From: Aggregatilineales bacterium
GTDB taxonomy: Bacteria; Chloroflexota; Anaerolineae; Aggregatilineales; Phototrophicaceae
Reading direction: 5' to 3'
Length of the DNA stretch: 57,329 bases
Assembly (NCBI GenBank): GCA_038260485.1
Contig: JBBSNT010000001.1
Span: 1 to 57,329 of the forward strand
The notes under the pieces were generated by a model that was not told the origin of the DNA, ran no database searches, and saw only the letters and a list, made by a program, of their open reading frames with translations. Positions 9,785 to 19,023 of this stretch are shown piece by piece; positions within the stretch are counted from its first letter, which is position 1, and every line of letters starts with the position of its first letter. The translations under genes were made by a program, and so were the position numbers.

Positions 9785-10831
9785 CTAGAGCTTGTCAACA
9801 AAATCGCCACTATCCCGTTTTGTATTGATTGCGACCGTCGCCGGGTAAGGATTGGTAGGTCCAAAGTCATTGATGACGATGCGCGTGCCATGATAGACAC
9901 CCATCACCAGTTGATGATAAGGAATGTTTTCGCGCTTGAGCTGGTTTTCGGTCACCTCGCGGAAGTCCTCCGTGCGGCTCGTCATGAGCACGATGTAGTT
10001 GCCCTGTTCGTGCAGGGATTGCACTTTGTCGCGCGATTCAGGGATGACGGCGTTTTCGCCCCAGAGCGGGTCCCAGAAGCGGGTTCCGTTCTTGAAAACC
10101 ACGCCGTCGAGGTCAAAGATATAGGTCGAGGTGCGCTTGCGATAAGCAACCCAATCCTCGTGCGTGCCCCAATCGACGTAATTGCTGCAGGGCATGGGGT
10201 GAAAGACGTGCCCATCGCGGATCATCAGGTCGATGATTGACGAGACGAAAAACTCGCCGGCGACCTGCATCCGCTCATAGTGTTCGAAGGTCTTGAGGAA
10301 GCTGTCCGCACCGCTGAAAAAGTAGCCGCCGCAGGAGAAAAATTCCGACGTGATCTCTTTTTCAACCATGCCGACGACGTAGTTCTGCTCATTCAAGACG
10401 GCAAAGCTCTTGTTGTAGAGTTTCACGTCGCGGACTTCGCGCGCGCTGCACAGCGAGATGTAATTGACAGTCGGCTGGTAGGGCGCAGTCGGGACGAAGT
10501 AGGAGTCGGAATCTTTGACGAGGAACGCGCCTTCGACGTGTGCCAGCTCGAGCATCACTTTCACGGTTTCAGCCTGTCCGCGCGTTACTTCGTCAAGCAA
10601 GATGATTTCGGCGTTGGGGACAAACTGCTTGATAATCCGTGAGGCGCTAAAATTCTGATCGTGTTCACGGAGAATCGAAAAGATGATGCGTTCTGCTTGC
10701 GCTTGGAAGGGGGTAATCGCCATTTCAAACATCAGGCTTTGATCGGGCATAGCGAGCAGGTACTTCGGCAGCCGGGTTCGAAAACGGGACGATCTACCGG
10801 CGCAGGGGACTAAGAGGTTCATTAAGCGCAT
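9785..10831 (-). CDS. Sugar nucleotidyltransferase fused to C-terminal HAD phosphatase
   Basis: N-terminal 'LVPCAGRSSRF...PKYL' NTP-transferase motif and 'DWGT'. C-terminal HAD motif I 'IFDLDGVV', motif II 'LMTSR', and 'IND'. Confidence 0.8.
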   Translation of the reverse strand: MRLMNLLVPCAGRSSRFRTRLPKYLLAMPDQSLMFEMAITPFQAQAERIIFSILREHDQNFSASRIIKQFVPNAEIILLDEVTRGQAETVKVMLELAHVEGAFLVKDSDSYFVPTAPYQPTVNYISLCSAREVRDVKLYNKSFAVLNEQNYVVGMVEKEITSEFFSCGGYFFSGADSFLKTFEHYERMQVAGEFFVSSIIDLMIRDGHVFHPMPCSNYVDWGTHEDWVAYRKRTSTYIFDLDGVVFKNGTRFWDPLWGENAVIPESRDKVQSLHEQGNYIVLMTSRTEDFREVTENQLKRENIPYHQLVMGVYHGTRIVINDFGPTNPYPATVAINTKRDSGDFVDKL

Positions 10832-11789
10832 ATTCTCCTTGAATATAGCGGGTCAGCAGCGCGTTGGTCAGCGCCAGCAGCGCGCCTAACTGCTCACTCG
10901 TTTTCCAGTATTTAACCACGCGAGCTAAAGTCGTCGCCAGATAAAGCAGGACTGTCCCACTGTGACAGCGCTGCTCGATAATGCGGGCGTATTCCTCATT
11001 GAAGATCGAGATGCGTTCGGAGATACGAAGTCTAATTTTACGGGTTTTCCAATCGAACACAAAATCGCCTTGTTTGATCGACTGCCAATAGGTGAACGAA
11101 CTCTGGAACACTTTGGAGACATCCCAGAGATAGCATTCGAAGTCATTGATGAGCGGATCAATCAGATAAAAGCGGTTATTCGTGTCGATTAGAATATTGT
11201 CGAGCGCGAAATCCCCGTGACAGAAGGTCGAGGTTTGACGGGGGAAGTCCGGCGGAATCCTGATTTGCTCGACGAGCGCGCAATACTCGGCGATCATGTC
11301 GCGAGCTGGTTCGTTGTCGCTGGCGGTTTTGAGGATGCTGGCAGCCGTCTCGCGCAATTTGCCTAGAATAAACTCGAACTCGTCGAGGGGGCGCTCGGTT
11401 TCGATAGGGGTCGAGGCGAACACGTTGACGATATCGGCAAGCTGCTGGGCAATGCGCGTAATCTTGAGCGTGTCGATACTGCCCAGATGTGAGCCTAGCT
11501 CCCAACTGGGGACGAACTCGCTATCGTAATAGTCCGTTCCATCCTCGTTGGTGTCGTAGTTCAGGATGGCGGGCACGCGAAATAGATCGCTGGTTTCGGC
11601 AAGCTGCGCTAAGCGCGTCAATTTGGCAGTTTCGGCGCGCAGTTTGGTATTCTGTGCGGATGTTTGTGCCGTTTTGCGCACGAATGTGCGCTGATCATCC
11701 CGAAACACTTCCAGTTTGTAGCCTGAAAAACCCTTCAGATTATGCTGAAGCGCTTCGAAAGTCGTGTTCACCGGCTTTGGTTGTCTCAA
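10794..11789 (-). CDS. APH/choline-kinase-like small-molecule kinase
   Basis: 'GFSG' loop, 'FVRK', Brenner-like 'HGDFALDNIL', 'LIDP'. Confidence 0.8.
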   Translation of the reverse strand: MRQPKPVNTTFEALQHNLKGFSGYKLEVFRDDQRTFVRKTAQTSAQNTKLRAETAKLTRLAQLAETSDLFRVPAILNYDTNEDGTDYYDSEFVPSWELGSHLGSIDTLKITRIAQQLADIVNVFASTPIETERPLDEFEFILGKLRETAASILKTASDNEPARDMIAEYCALVEQIRIPPDFPRQTSTFCHGDFALDNILIDTNNRFYLIDPLINDFECYLWDVSKVFQSSFTYWQSIKQGDFVFDWKTRKIRLRISERISIFNEEYARIIEQRCHSGTVLLYLATTLARVVKYWKTSEQLGALLALTNALLTRYIQGEYALNEPLSPLRR

Positions 11790-11841
11790 CGTTCCCCCTT
11801 ACGAGTATTACACGACCGACGTGCTTTGCCACGAACAAAAA

Positions 11842-12654
11842 TCAATCCCAGTTATAACGCCATCCTAAAAGTTCAAAGAGTTCTTCATTGTACGGTCTGA
11901 AGAATTCTTGGAGGCGCTGGCGCGTTTCGGGCTTGATGGTCGCTTTATTCGGCGTCATGTTGCGGTTCTGTAAATCCGAAAGTTCGATTTCATAGGGCGG
12001 CAGCCCAAAGAAATCGAGCGTCTTCTGATACACTCCTACGGGGTCTTTGTAGAGCTGCTTATCTTCAAAGATGAGCAGCTGATCCTTTGGGAAATACTTA
12101 AGGTAGCGCTTGATTTGCAAAGCATACAGCCCGCGATAAAGATAAGCAGGCTGTGCATCGCCACCAAATTCCGGGTCGCCTGTTTGAATACGTTTGATTT
12201 GATCTTCGATGGCATCCTCGAACGTTTCAAACCCAAAATGATTCCAATTCGGAACCGACCAGTCAGAAAAGGCACGATCTACTGGATTGCGAAGAAGGAG
12301 CACCATGCGCATGTCGGAATTGTACTTATAAATCCGTTCGGCGCATTGTGGTTTATAAATGTAGCTAGGAGATTTCTCTAGCAGATCGTGATGGGGATCA
12401 ATCTCGTAAGTCGATGGAAACAGGCTGTGATACCAGTTCACCCCGCGATCATAATTGTTGCTGAAGTATTTCACTTCACCTTTTATCCCGCGATGCAGCA
12501 TCGGGTTCCGCAGCAGCATGTAAAGCATGGAAGACGTGCCACATTTTTGAGCGCCGATGATCAAACAGCGAATGCGGATGTACTTTCCCATTGGAACGGT
12601 TGTCACCTGCCGAATTTTCGAAGTGAACAACTTCTGTGCTGCGAAGAAATTCAT
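11842..12654 (-). CDS. Sulfotransferase (heparan-sulfate 3-O-ST-like, Sulfotransfer_1)
   Basis: 'IIGAQKCGTSS', 'EKSPSY', 'LLRNPVDRAFS', 'RGLYALQI', 'FFRPYNEELFELLG'. Confidence 0.9.
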   Translation of the reverse strand: MNFFAAQKLFTSKIRQVTTVPMGKYIRIRCLIIGAQKCGTSSMLYMLLRNPMLHRGIKGEVKYFSNNYDRGVNWYHSLFPSTYEIDPHHDLLEKSPSYIYKPQCAERIYKYNSDMRMVLLLRNPVDRAFSDWSVPNWNHFGFETFEDAIEDQIKRIQTGDPEFGGDAQPAYLYRGLYALQIKRYLKYFPKDQLLIFEDKQLYKDPVGVYQKTLDFFGLPPYEIELSDLQNRNMTPNKATIKPETRQRLQEFFRPYNEELFELLGWRYNWD

Positions 12655-13955
12655 CAGGCATTAATCCGTTCTTGATTGCCGTTTTTGGCGGCATTCATGA
12701 TGATTTGTGCAAAGCGTTCGGTGGCGCTGCCGTCTACAGGTCCTAAGAATTCATGGCGGATGTGTTCGCGCCCCTCATGATACCAAGACTTATCGCTCAG
12801 TGCATGATTTACGGCTTCGACCATCGCCGTGCCGCTGCGCACAATCGGCACCCAGTCATTCTTGTAAAGGCGACTGAAATGCTGCTGAATCCACGTTTTT
12901 TCGAAGTAGTCTTCGAAGACTTCTGGCATGTACTCGTTGAAGACGGGCACGACGGTGGGCGTATCGAACAACGCGGGTTCAATCGACATGGTTGAGCCGG
13001 GACTGATAACGACGTCGGCGTGTTTGAGCAGGTTGCCCGCGAGGATCGCCTCGTCGCGGGTGGGCGACCAGCCTAGCCCCGGCACGTAGTTCTCGTAGCG
13101 CGAGATCACGACGTCAGGGTGGTGCATGTAGGGCAGGAAATAACTATCGCGCGACCAAGGATGCATCCGCAGGACAACCTGCGGTCTGCCGGGAATCTCC
13201 TGCGCATCAATTGCCCGCAGCAGCACCTCAAGCGGGTTGGTTTCGTCGATTTGCTGGCTGAACTGTCCTAGCGTCGCAAACAGCAGAATGGGGCGTTCGG
13301 GGTCTAGCCCGATACGTTCGGCGAACTCGCGGCGCGTCCACTGACCGTCAGGCGCGCAGTAGGCGTCGAAGGCGGGCGCGCCGATCACTTCAATCTGCTT
13401 CGGCTCTAAGCCGTTGAGGCGGATCAACTCCTGCTTGTTGTTGTCAGACCAGCAGGTGACCGTATCGGGGAAGGTACGCAGCCCTTTCCAAGCATTGTCC
13501 CACGAGTTCAAATTGCCAACTGTCGGGATGCCTCGTTTGCGCGCGACCGCGACCAGCCCGCGCCCGTAGAGCTGACTGAGATGAGTCGCGACGACGACGT
13601 CTGGCTTCCAGCGCGCAATCAGCGCAGCTTCCGCCGTCGAGCGGCGAATGGTGCGGGGTGCACCGACGTTCTGCCAGAGCCAACGGCGCAAATCATAATA
13701 GCCTTTTCGATTGAGCCATTTGCCGACTGCCTCCTCGTAGTTCTCCATTCGGGAGAGGCGGGCGTGGAAAATCAAGTTCAGGTCGTCAAACTCGACACCC
13801 GGCAAGCTGTAGCGCTGCACGAACGCCGGATAGCGTGCGCCCGGTGTTACCAGCAGCACGGTATGCCCTGCTGCGGTCAAATGCCGCAGTAGATCGTTCT
13901 CCAGCAGGTTGCGAACGACCTGTCCTTCGTGAATTTCGATGAGGATTCGGCTCAT
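12654..13955 (-). CDS. GT-B transferase, CDP-glycerol glycerophosphotransferase / sialyltransferase-like
   Basis: 'GAPAFD', 'RPILLFAT', 'VLRMHP', 'ADVVISPGSTMSIE', 'DGSATERF' match the TagF-like/HP-motif GT-B pattern. Confidence 0.65.
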   Translation of the reverse strand: MSRILIEIHEGQVVRNLLENDLLRHLTAAGHTVLLVTPGARYPAFVQRYSLPGVEFDDLNLIFHARLSRMENYEEAVGKWLNRKGYYDLRRWLWQNVGAPRTIRRSTAEAALIARWKPDVVVATHLSQLYGRGLVAVARKRGIPTVGNLNSWDNAWKGLRTFPDTVTCWSDNNKQELIRLNGLEPKQIEVIGAPAFDAYCAPDGQWTRREFAERIGLDPERPILLFATLGQFSQQIDETNPLEVLLRAIDAQEIPGRPQVVLRMHPWSRDSYFLPYMHHPDVVISRYENYVPGLGWSPTRDEAILAGNLLKHADVVISPGSTMSIEPALFDTPTVVPVFNEYMPEVFEDYFEKTWIQQHFSRLYKNDWVPIVRSGTAMVEAVNHALSDKSWYHEGREHIRHEFLGPVDGSATERFAQIIMNAAKNGNQERINA

Positions 13956-13956
13956 C

Positions 13957-15171
13957 TCAGGCAGTCAAACTGTCTATAACGCTGCGATACTGCTCGATCA
14001 CCGCGTCGAGTGTAAAATGTTGCTCACAAAAAGCGTGAGCAGCACGTCCTAATCGTTCCCGTTCGGCAGGGTTTGCCATAAGGCGCGTCAGCACCTGCGG
14101 GAAATCTTCTAAGCGCTCGACGACCACGCAAACTTGATCTAATCCATCGAGCCACATGCCGCTGACCGCTGCTCGCGTCGTCACGACAGCTTGGGCGTGG
14201 TTGAACAAGACAGGTAGTTTCGTTCGATAGCCGCTGTCAATTTCGTAGGGTAGGATGGCGATATTGAAGGGATGGAGCACGTCGCTTAGATCGGGCACAA
14301 AGCCTTTGAGATCGGCTTTAGCGGCGCTCAGCAGCGATTGGATCGGTTCTCTCAATCGGCTGTCGTCACCAATAATCTGCAAGACCGCGTCCGCACTGCG
14401 GATTTGCGGCTGGACAACGCGCAGGTAGGCTTCCAGACCGACGCGGTTGGCGGTGGTTTCCAAACTGCCCAAGTGGGAAATTGTGACGGGTGTGTCTGCC
14501 GCTGTTTGCGGTGCGGGTGCGGGCAGCGTCGAGTCATATGCCATCGGAATCACTTCCACACGTTTCGCGCCTAACGCATCCGAACGTTTGGCATCACCGG
14601 ATGCGCCGGTAATGATCAGCGGCGCGGCGCGGAAAATCAGCGTTTCGGCGCGTTGGCAGGCGAATTGATTCCAGCGCTTGAGCAGCGTGTCGCTGCCAGA
14701 ACGGATGCGCTGAATGTAGGAGCGAATGTCGTGCTGCGAGAGAATCCAAGGGATTGAGAGGTCGAGGTTGATCAGGGCGGCGGCAAGCTCGGTACGTTCA
14801 ACCCAGATCAGCGTTGGGTCGTGCTGCTTGATCTGTGCCGCGAGCGCTGAACAGATTTGCGGCGTGAACTTGAATTCGTAGCCGACTGGATCGACGGTGG
14901 ACTGCCACATTCGCGCGAGGCGGGATTCTTTTCGTTCAGGCGGCAGTGCCACATCTCGCCAGCTATTCGCCTGATGATGGACTTGCTGGGCTACGGACGA
15001 CTGCTGCTCAAATTCTGAGGTTCGGGCAGACTTGCGCGGGTCACAGAGCCGGATCACGTCCAGTGCGCCGTAAAGCCGCGTGAGCGCCGCGAAATTTTGA
15101 TAGTAGCGGCTGGATGCGCCTGAGTAGTCCGGCGTGATTGGCTCACCGGGAGCGATGTAAAGCACGCGCAT
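13957..15171 (-). CDS. Glycosyltransferase family 4-like
   Basis: 'GFVPDL', 'SGYRTKL', 'RERLGRAAHAF' GT-B C-terminal domain. Confidence 0.8.
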   Translation of the reverse strand: MRVLYIAPGEPITPDYSGASSRYYQNFAALTRLYGALDVIRLCDPRKSARTSEFEQQSSVAQQVHHQANSWRDVALPPERKESRLARMWQSTVDPVGYEFKFTPQICSALAAQIKQHDPTLIWVERTELAAALINLDLSIPWILSQHDIRSYIQRIRSGSDTLLKRWNQFACQRAETLIFRAAPLIITGASGDAKRSDALGAKRVEVIPMAYDSTLPAPAPQTAADTPVTISHLGSLETTANRVGLEAYLRVVQPQIRSADAVLQIIGDDSRLREPIQSLLSAAKADLKGFVPDLSDVLHPFNIAILPYEIDSGYRTKLPVLFNHAQAVVTTRAAVSGMWLDGLDQVCVVVERLEDFPQVLTRLMANPAERERLGRAAHAFCEQHFTLDAVIEQYRSVIDSLTA

Positions 15172-16877
15172 TACGCTTTTGGCTCCAGGATGTCCGAGCT
15201 ATCCATGTCTGCGAACCATGAGCCGACGCGCTGGATCGACCGCTTGTGCGCGAATCCGTCAAGCGAACCCGCCGTAATCTGAATGTTGTCGTGAATGTCG
15301 CTCTCGGCTTCGTTGGCGCGTTTGAGTTCCATCGGCGCGACGTCGGTGAAATCGGTCTGCCGTCGCTCGATGACCGTGAAGAAGTGGCGGCGTGCCAGCA
15401 CTTGAACATCGGCGTCTAAGCGGGGGACGATGTGCAGCGTCTTGAGCTGCTGGAAATAGGCTTCGCGCGTCGGTGGCTCGATGGTAAAGCCGAGTCCGTT
15501 ATAGCGCCCCGTGCCTGCTAACAGCGCTGGAATGCCGAAGCAGGGGAATTCCATGCCGACCGTGCCGTTGACCGTCACCACGTAGTCGATGACTGGAAAG
15601 AGCGACTGTGTGTTGATCGGCGTGTTGGCGCGCATGATGCGAACGTGATCTGGCAGCGGCATGAGGGTGCGCAAGAGGCGCATTTCGGACTCTTCCGACC
15701 GATTTTCGCGCAGGAGCTTGAAGACGTTGAAAGGATGCAGTTTGACGATCCAGTTCACGTCGGGGCATTCCGCTGCGACGAACTTCACCGTCTCGAACAG
15801 CCAGTCCTCGAAGTCGTTGAACAGGCAGCTTCCGTAAAAGAACGCTGCGTCCCAAGCGACGTGCGAGAAAATGACTGCTGTTTTCTTGTTGGGGTCTAAG
15901 CCGAGTTCCTGCCGCACTTCTTCCGGGCTTTTAAGCTGCTTGCCCGTCATGAGACGGCGGGTATCGTCGGTCGAATCGGGCTTGTAGCGCCCGGCGAACA
16001 GCTTCTCCAAGCGGGCGTCGTCTTCAGGCGTCCACGGCTCGCGCTTGATCTGCTCCCACGTCGATTTTGCGACGGAAAAGTAATGCTGAGTCCTTGTTTC
16101 CGGCGTATAGCGTTTGAGAATCCAACTGCCGCGCCGCTGACCCTGCTCGTAGACCACGCAATCGACGCCGCGTTGAAGCCCGACTTCGTAGATGGCTCCA
16201 TTGGGGATATAGCCAGAGTCACGCACGAGCATTTTCTTTACCGGATAGGTGTCAAAAAACGCTTCCGCAGCTAAGACTGCTTGAACCGCTCTGGTCAGGT
16301 TGTCCTGCAAGAGTCTGTGTGTTTCCGGTTCGGCAATATCAAGCTGTCCCTGATAGCGCTTGCGTGAGGTCACCGACATGGCGTGCTTACCGACATCGAC
16401 ACCGTGAAACTGGGTGTCGAGAATGGTCTGCACCGAGCTATCGGGCAGGAGCAGGGTTTTGACGACGGCGTCAATTTGATCCGGCTGGGTGTGGTTCGCG
16501 ATGAACTGCTCCCACATGAGCAACTGGTCGATGCCGAACAGGCGAAGATAGCGATGCCCCAAGCGGTTGCCAGTATGGGTGAACACGATGGGTGTATACC
16601 CGTGCAATTGCAGGGTTTTCGCCATCAAGCCGTGAAACTTGGCATGGAGTGGTAAATTGGTAAAGCTGATGATGGCAAACATCTGGTTTGGGTCGGCGTG
16701 TTCACCCCCCTGCGCCGACCAATTCCCGATCATTGCCTTAGTTTGGGCGAAATCAAGCTCTAATTCACGCACGCTCTCCTGATTCTTAGGCTTAATCAGG
16801 TTTCGTATTTTACGGCGCAGTGGCGCGTAAAAGCTCATTTTGTTCAGTAAAGCAGTCATGTAGTTCCCACTTGGCAC
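15171..16877 (-). CDS. Capsule biosynthesis protein, KpsS/LipB-like (candidate CMP-ulosonate transferase)
   Basis: 'WDAA', 'WIVKLHP' and 'VVTVNGTVGMEFPCFGIP' motifs of the capsule-synthesis GT-B family; lies directly downstream of neuB. Confidence 0.7.
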   Translation of the reverse strand: MPSGNYMTALLNKMSFYAPLRRKIRNLIKPKNQESVRELELDFAQTKAMIGNWSAQGGEHADPNQMFAIISFTNLPLHAKFHGLMAKTLQLHGYTPIVFTHTGNRLGHRYLRLFGIDQLLMWEQFIANHTQPDQIDAVVKTLLLPDSSVQTILDTQFHGVDVGKHAMSVTSRKRYQGQLDIAEPETHRLLQDNLTRAVQAVLAAEAFFDTYPVKKMLVRDSGYIPNGAIYEVGLQRGVDCVVYEQGQRRGSWILKRYTPETRTQHYFSVAKSTWEQIKREPWTPEDDARLEKLFAGRYKPDSTDDTRRLMTGKQLKSPEEVRQELGLDPNKKTAVIFSHVAWDAAFFYGSCLFNDFEDWLFETVKFVAAECPDVNWIVKLHPFNVFKLLRENRSEESEMRLLRTLMPLPDHVRIMRANTPINTQSLFPVIDYVVTVNGTVGMEFPCFGIPALLAGTGRYNGLGFTIEPPTREAYFQQLKTLHIVPRLDADVQVLARRHFFTVIERRQTDFTDVAPMELKRANEAESDIHDNIQITAGSLDGFAHKRSIQRVGSWFADMDSSDILEPKA

Positions 16878-16884
16878 ACGGACA

Positions 16885-17775
16885 TTAGCTGCTGCTAGCG
16901 GTGTTGTCCACGCGGCGCAGCCGCTTCATCGGCGTGAGTTCGCTTTCGTAGACCCGCTTGACGCCATCGCCCAACGCCGTTTCGACGACGCGGATGTACT
17001 TGACCAAGCGTTCCAAGCCACCCGGCTCAATCGACGCCGCGTGATCCGACCCCCACATCGAGCGATCCAGCGTAATGTGACGTTCGACCGCGCTCGCGCC
17101 TAGCACAACCGCTGCAACCGTCGTTGGCAGACCGGCTTCGTGACCGGAATAGCCAATCGGACAGTCGAATTCCTCGCGCAGCGTCTCGACCATGCGCAGG
17201 TTGAGTTCTTCCGGCGGGCAGGGATAAGTGCTGGTGGTGTGCATGATCAGCAGGTCATCTGTGCCGAGATAATCAACCGCGTGGTTGATCTGTTCCGTCG
17301 TGGACATTCCGGTCGAGACGAGCAGGGGCTTGCCTGTTTCGTGTAGCCGTTTCAGGAGTCCCATATCGGTCAGGGATGCTGATGCGACTTTATGGAGCGG
17401 CGGGTTGAACTGCTCCAAGAAATCGACCGAGTCTTCGTCCCAAGGCGAGGCAAACCAAGTGATTCCCTTTTCCTTGCAATGGCGGTCAATTTCAGCGTAT
17501 TCCGCCTCGCCAAATTCCACCTTGTAGCGGTATTCCATGTAGGTGATGTAGCCCCAAGGGGTTTCGCGCATTCTGTTGCGTTCTTCCGGCGGCACGACCA
17601 CTTCGGGTGTCCGCTTCTGGAACTTTACTGCATCGCACCCCGCCCACGCCGCGACGTCGATCAGCTTTTTCGCAATGTCAATATCGCCATTGTGGTTGAT
17701 ACCGATTTCGCCAATGATAAAACAGGGATGACCATCGCCGATCATGCGACCGTTGATGTTCAATTCTTTGCGCAT
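16885..17775 (-). CDS. neuB: Nonulosonic acid synthase (NeuB family), short form without SAF domain
   Basis: 'IIGEIGINHNGD', 'DAVKFQKR', 'HTTSTYP', 'GYSGHE', 'VERHITLDR'; only 296 aa. Confidence 0.93.
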   Translation of the reverse strand: MRKELNINGRMIGDGHPCFIIGEIGINHNGDIDIAKKLIDVAAWAGCDAVKFQKRTPEVVVPPEERNRMRETPWGYITYMEYRYKVEFGEAEYAEIDRHCKEKGITWFASPWDEDSVDFLEQFNPPLHKVASASLTDMGLLKRLHETGKPLLVSTGMSTTEQINHAVDYLGTDDLLIMHTTSTYPCPPEELNLRMVETLREEFDCPIGYSGHEAGLPTTVAAVVLGASAVERHITLDRSMWGSDHAASIEPGGLERLVKYIRVVETALGDGVKRVYESELTPMKRLRRVDNTASSS

Positions 17776-17790
17776 TATGTCTCTCCAGCC

Positions 17791-19023
17791 TTAAGTAAGT
17801 TCAGCGATTCTATCACAGAGTTCACGCACCGCTCCAAATCCCCCGGCATGATTTAGGATTAAATCAGCCTGCGCGAGGATAGAGGGGTAAGCATCGGCAA
17901 CGGCAACGGCAAGCCCGGCAGCGTGCATACATTCGGAGTCGTTTACGTCGTTGCCTACATAAATCACCTCGTCCATCGTTAGTCCACGTTCATCGACCAG
18001 CGATTGTAATACCACAATTTTGTTTAAAACCCCTTGAATGTGTTTGATCCCTAGCTTGCGGCAGCGTGCTTCGACCACCGGGTTAACCTCGCGCGAGAGC
18101 ACCAGCAGCTCGATGCCTTTTGCCAGCAACAGACTAATGCCGTAGCCGTCGCTGCGATTCGCGGCGATCATCTCTTTGCCGTCTTCACCAACCCAAACGC
18201 GGTTATCCGTCAGAACGCCGTCAAAATCCAAAACCAGCAGGCGCACGCTTTTGAGCCGATCTGCGAGCGATTTTTGGTTCGGGCGATGCGGACGAACGAA
18301 GGGCACGTCAAGCCGTTCGATCAGCCACTCTGCTTTTGCCCAATCTTGCAGATTGTCGATGTCGATGGTGTAGTCGGAGTCGATGATCAGCGGCAGAATG
18401 CGACTGCCGGACATCGACTGATCCTCTAGGATGGTTTCGCGGCGCAGCGCGTCGATGTGCCCCGTTTGCCAGTAGGTGTGCGGGAGTTTCTGGCGCGGCA
18501 TATTGTACGGCTCGACAAAGCTCTCGTTGAGAAGGGGCTGCATCGGTTCGCCTTCGCCGGAAACACGCCACATTTTATAGGGGTTCTGCCCTGATGGAAC
18601 GACGCCGCGCACGGACGTCGCCGCTGGATCACCCAGCAGCAGTTCGACCGCGCGATCTACGCAGTCCGGCGGGCGCAGCGGCGAGGTCGGGCGAAGCTGT
18701 ACGACCACGTCAGGTTTGTAGCCCTCGTTTTGTTCGAGCCACGTCAGCGCATGGACGAATAAATCCAAATCGACTGCCGTATCAGTCGCGTATTCGGGCG
18801 GACGCAGGAAGGGGACTTCAGCGCCCCATGCCTTCGCTGCTTCGGCGATCTGTTCGTCGTCTGTGGAAATAATGACCCGTGTGACATATTTTGATTGCAA
18901 CCCGGCGGCGATGCTGTAGGCGATCAAGGGGATACCCGCGAGCAGCTTGATATTTTTGCCGGGAATGCCTTTTGAGCCGCCGCGCGCTTGAATAACCGCA
19001 AGCACTTCGTGCTGATCTACCAC
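17791..19023 (-). CDS. neuA: CMP-nonulosonate synthetase (NeuA) fused to KdsC-like HAD phosphatase
   Basis: 'ARGGSKGIPGKN', 'LRPTSPLR', 'IDID'. C-terminal 'LDFDGVLTD', 'YVGNDVND', 'GGFGAVRE'. Confidence 0.92.
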   Translation of the reverse strand: MVDQHEVLAVIQARGGSKGIPGKNIKLLAGIPLIAYSIAAGLQSKYVTRVIISTDDEQIAEAAKAWGAEVPFLRPPEYATDTAVDLDLFVHALTWLEQNEGYKPDVVVQLRPTSPLRPPDCVDRAVELLLGDPAATSVRGVVPSGQNPYKMWRVSGEGEPMQPLLNESFVEPYNMPRQKLPHTYWQTGHIDALRRETILEDQSMSGSRILPLIIDSDYTIDIDNLQDWAKAEWLIERLDVPFVRPHRPNQKSLADRLKSVRLLVLDFDGVLTDNRVWVGEDGKEMIAANRSDGYGISLLLAKGIELLVLSREVNPVVEARCRKLGIKHIQGVLNKIVVLQSLVDERGLTMDEVIYVGNDVNDSECMHAAGLAVAVADAYPSILAQADLILNHAGGFGAVRELCDRIAELT

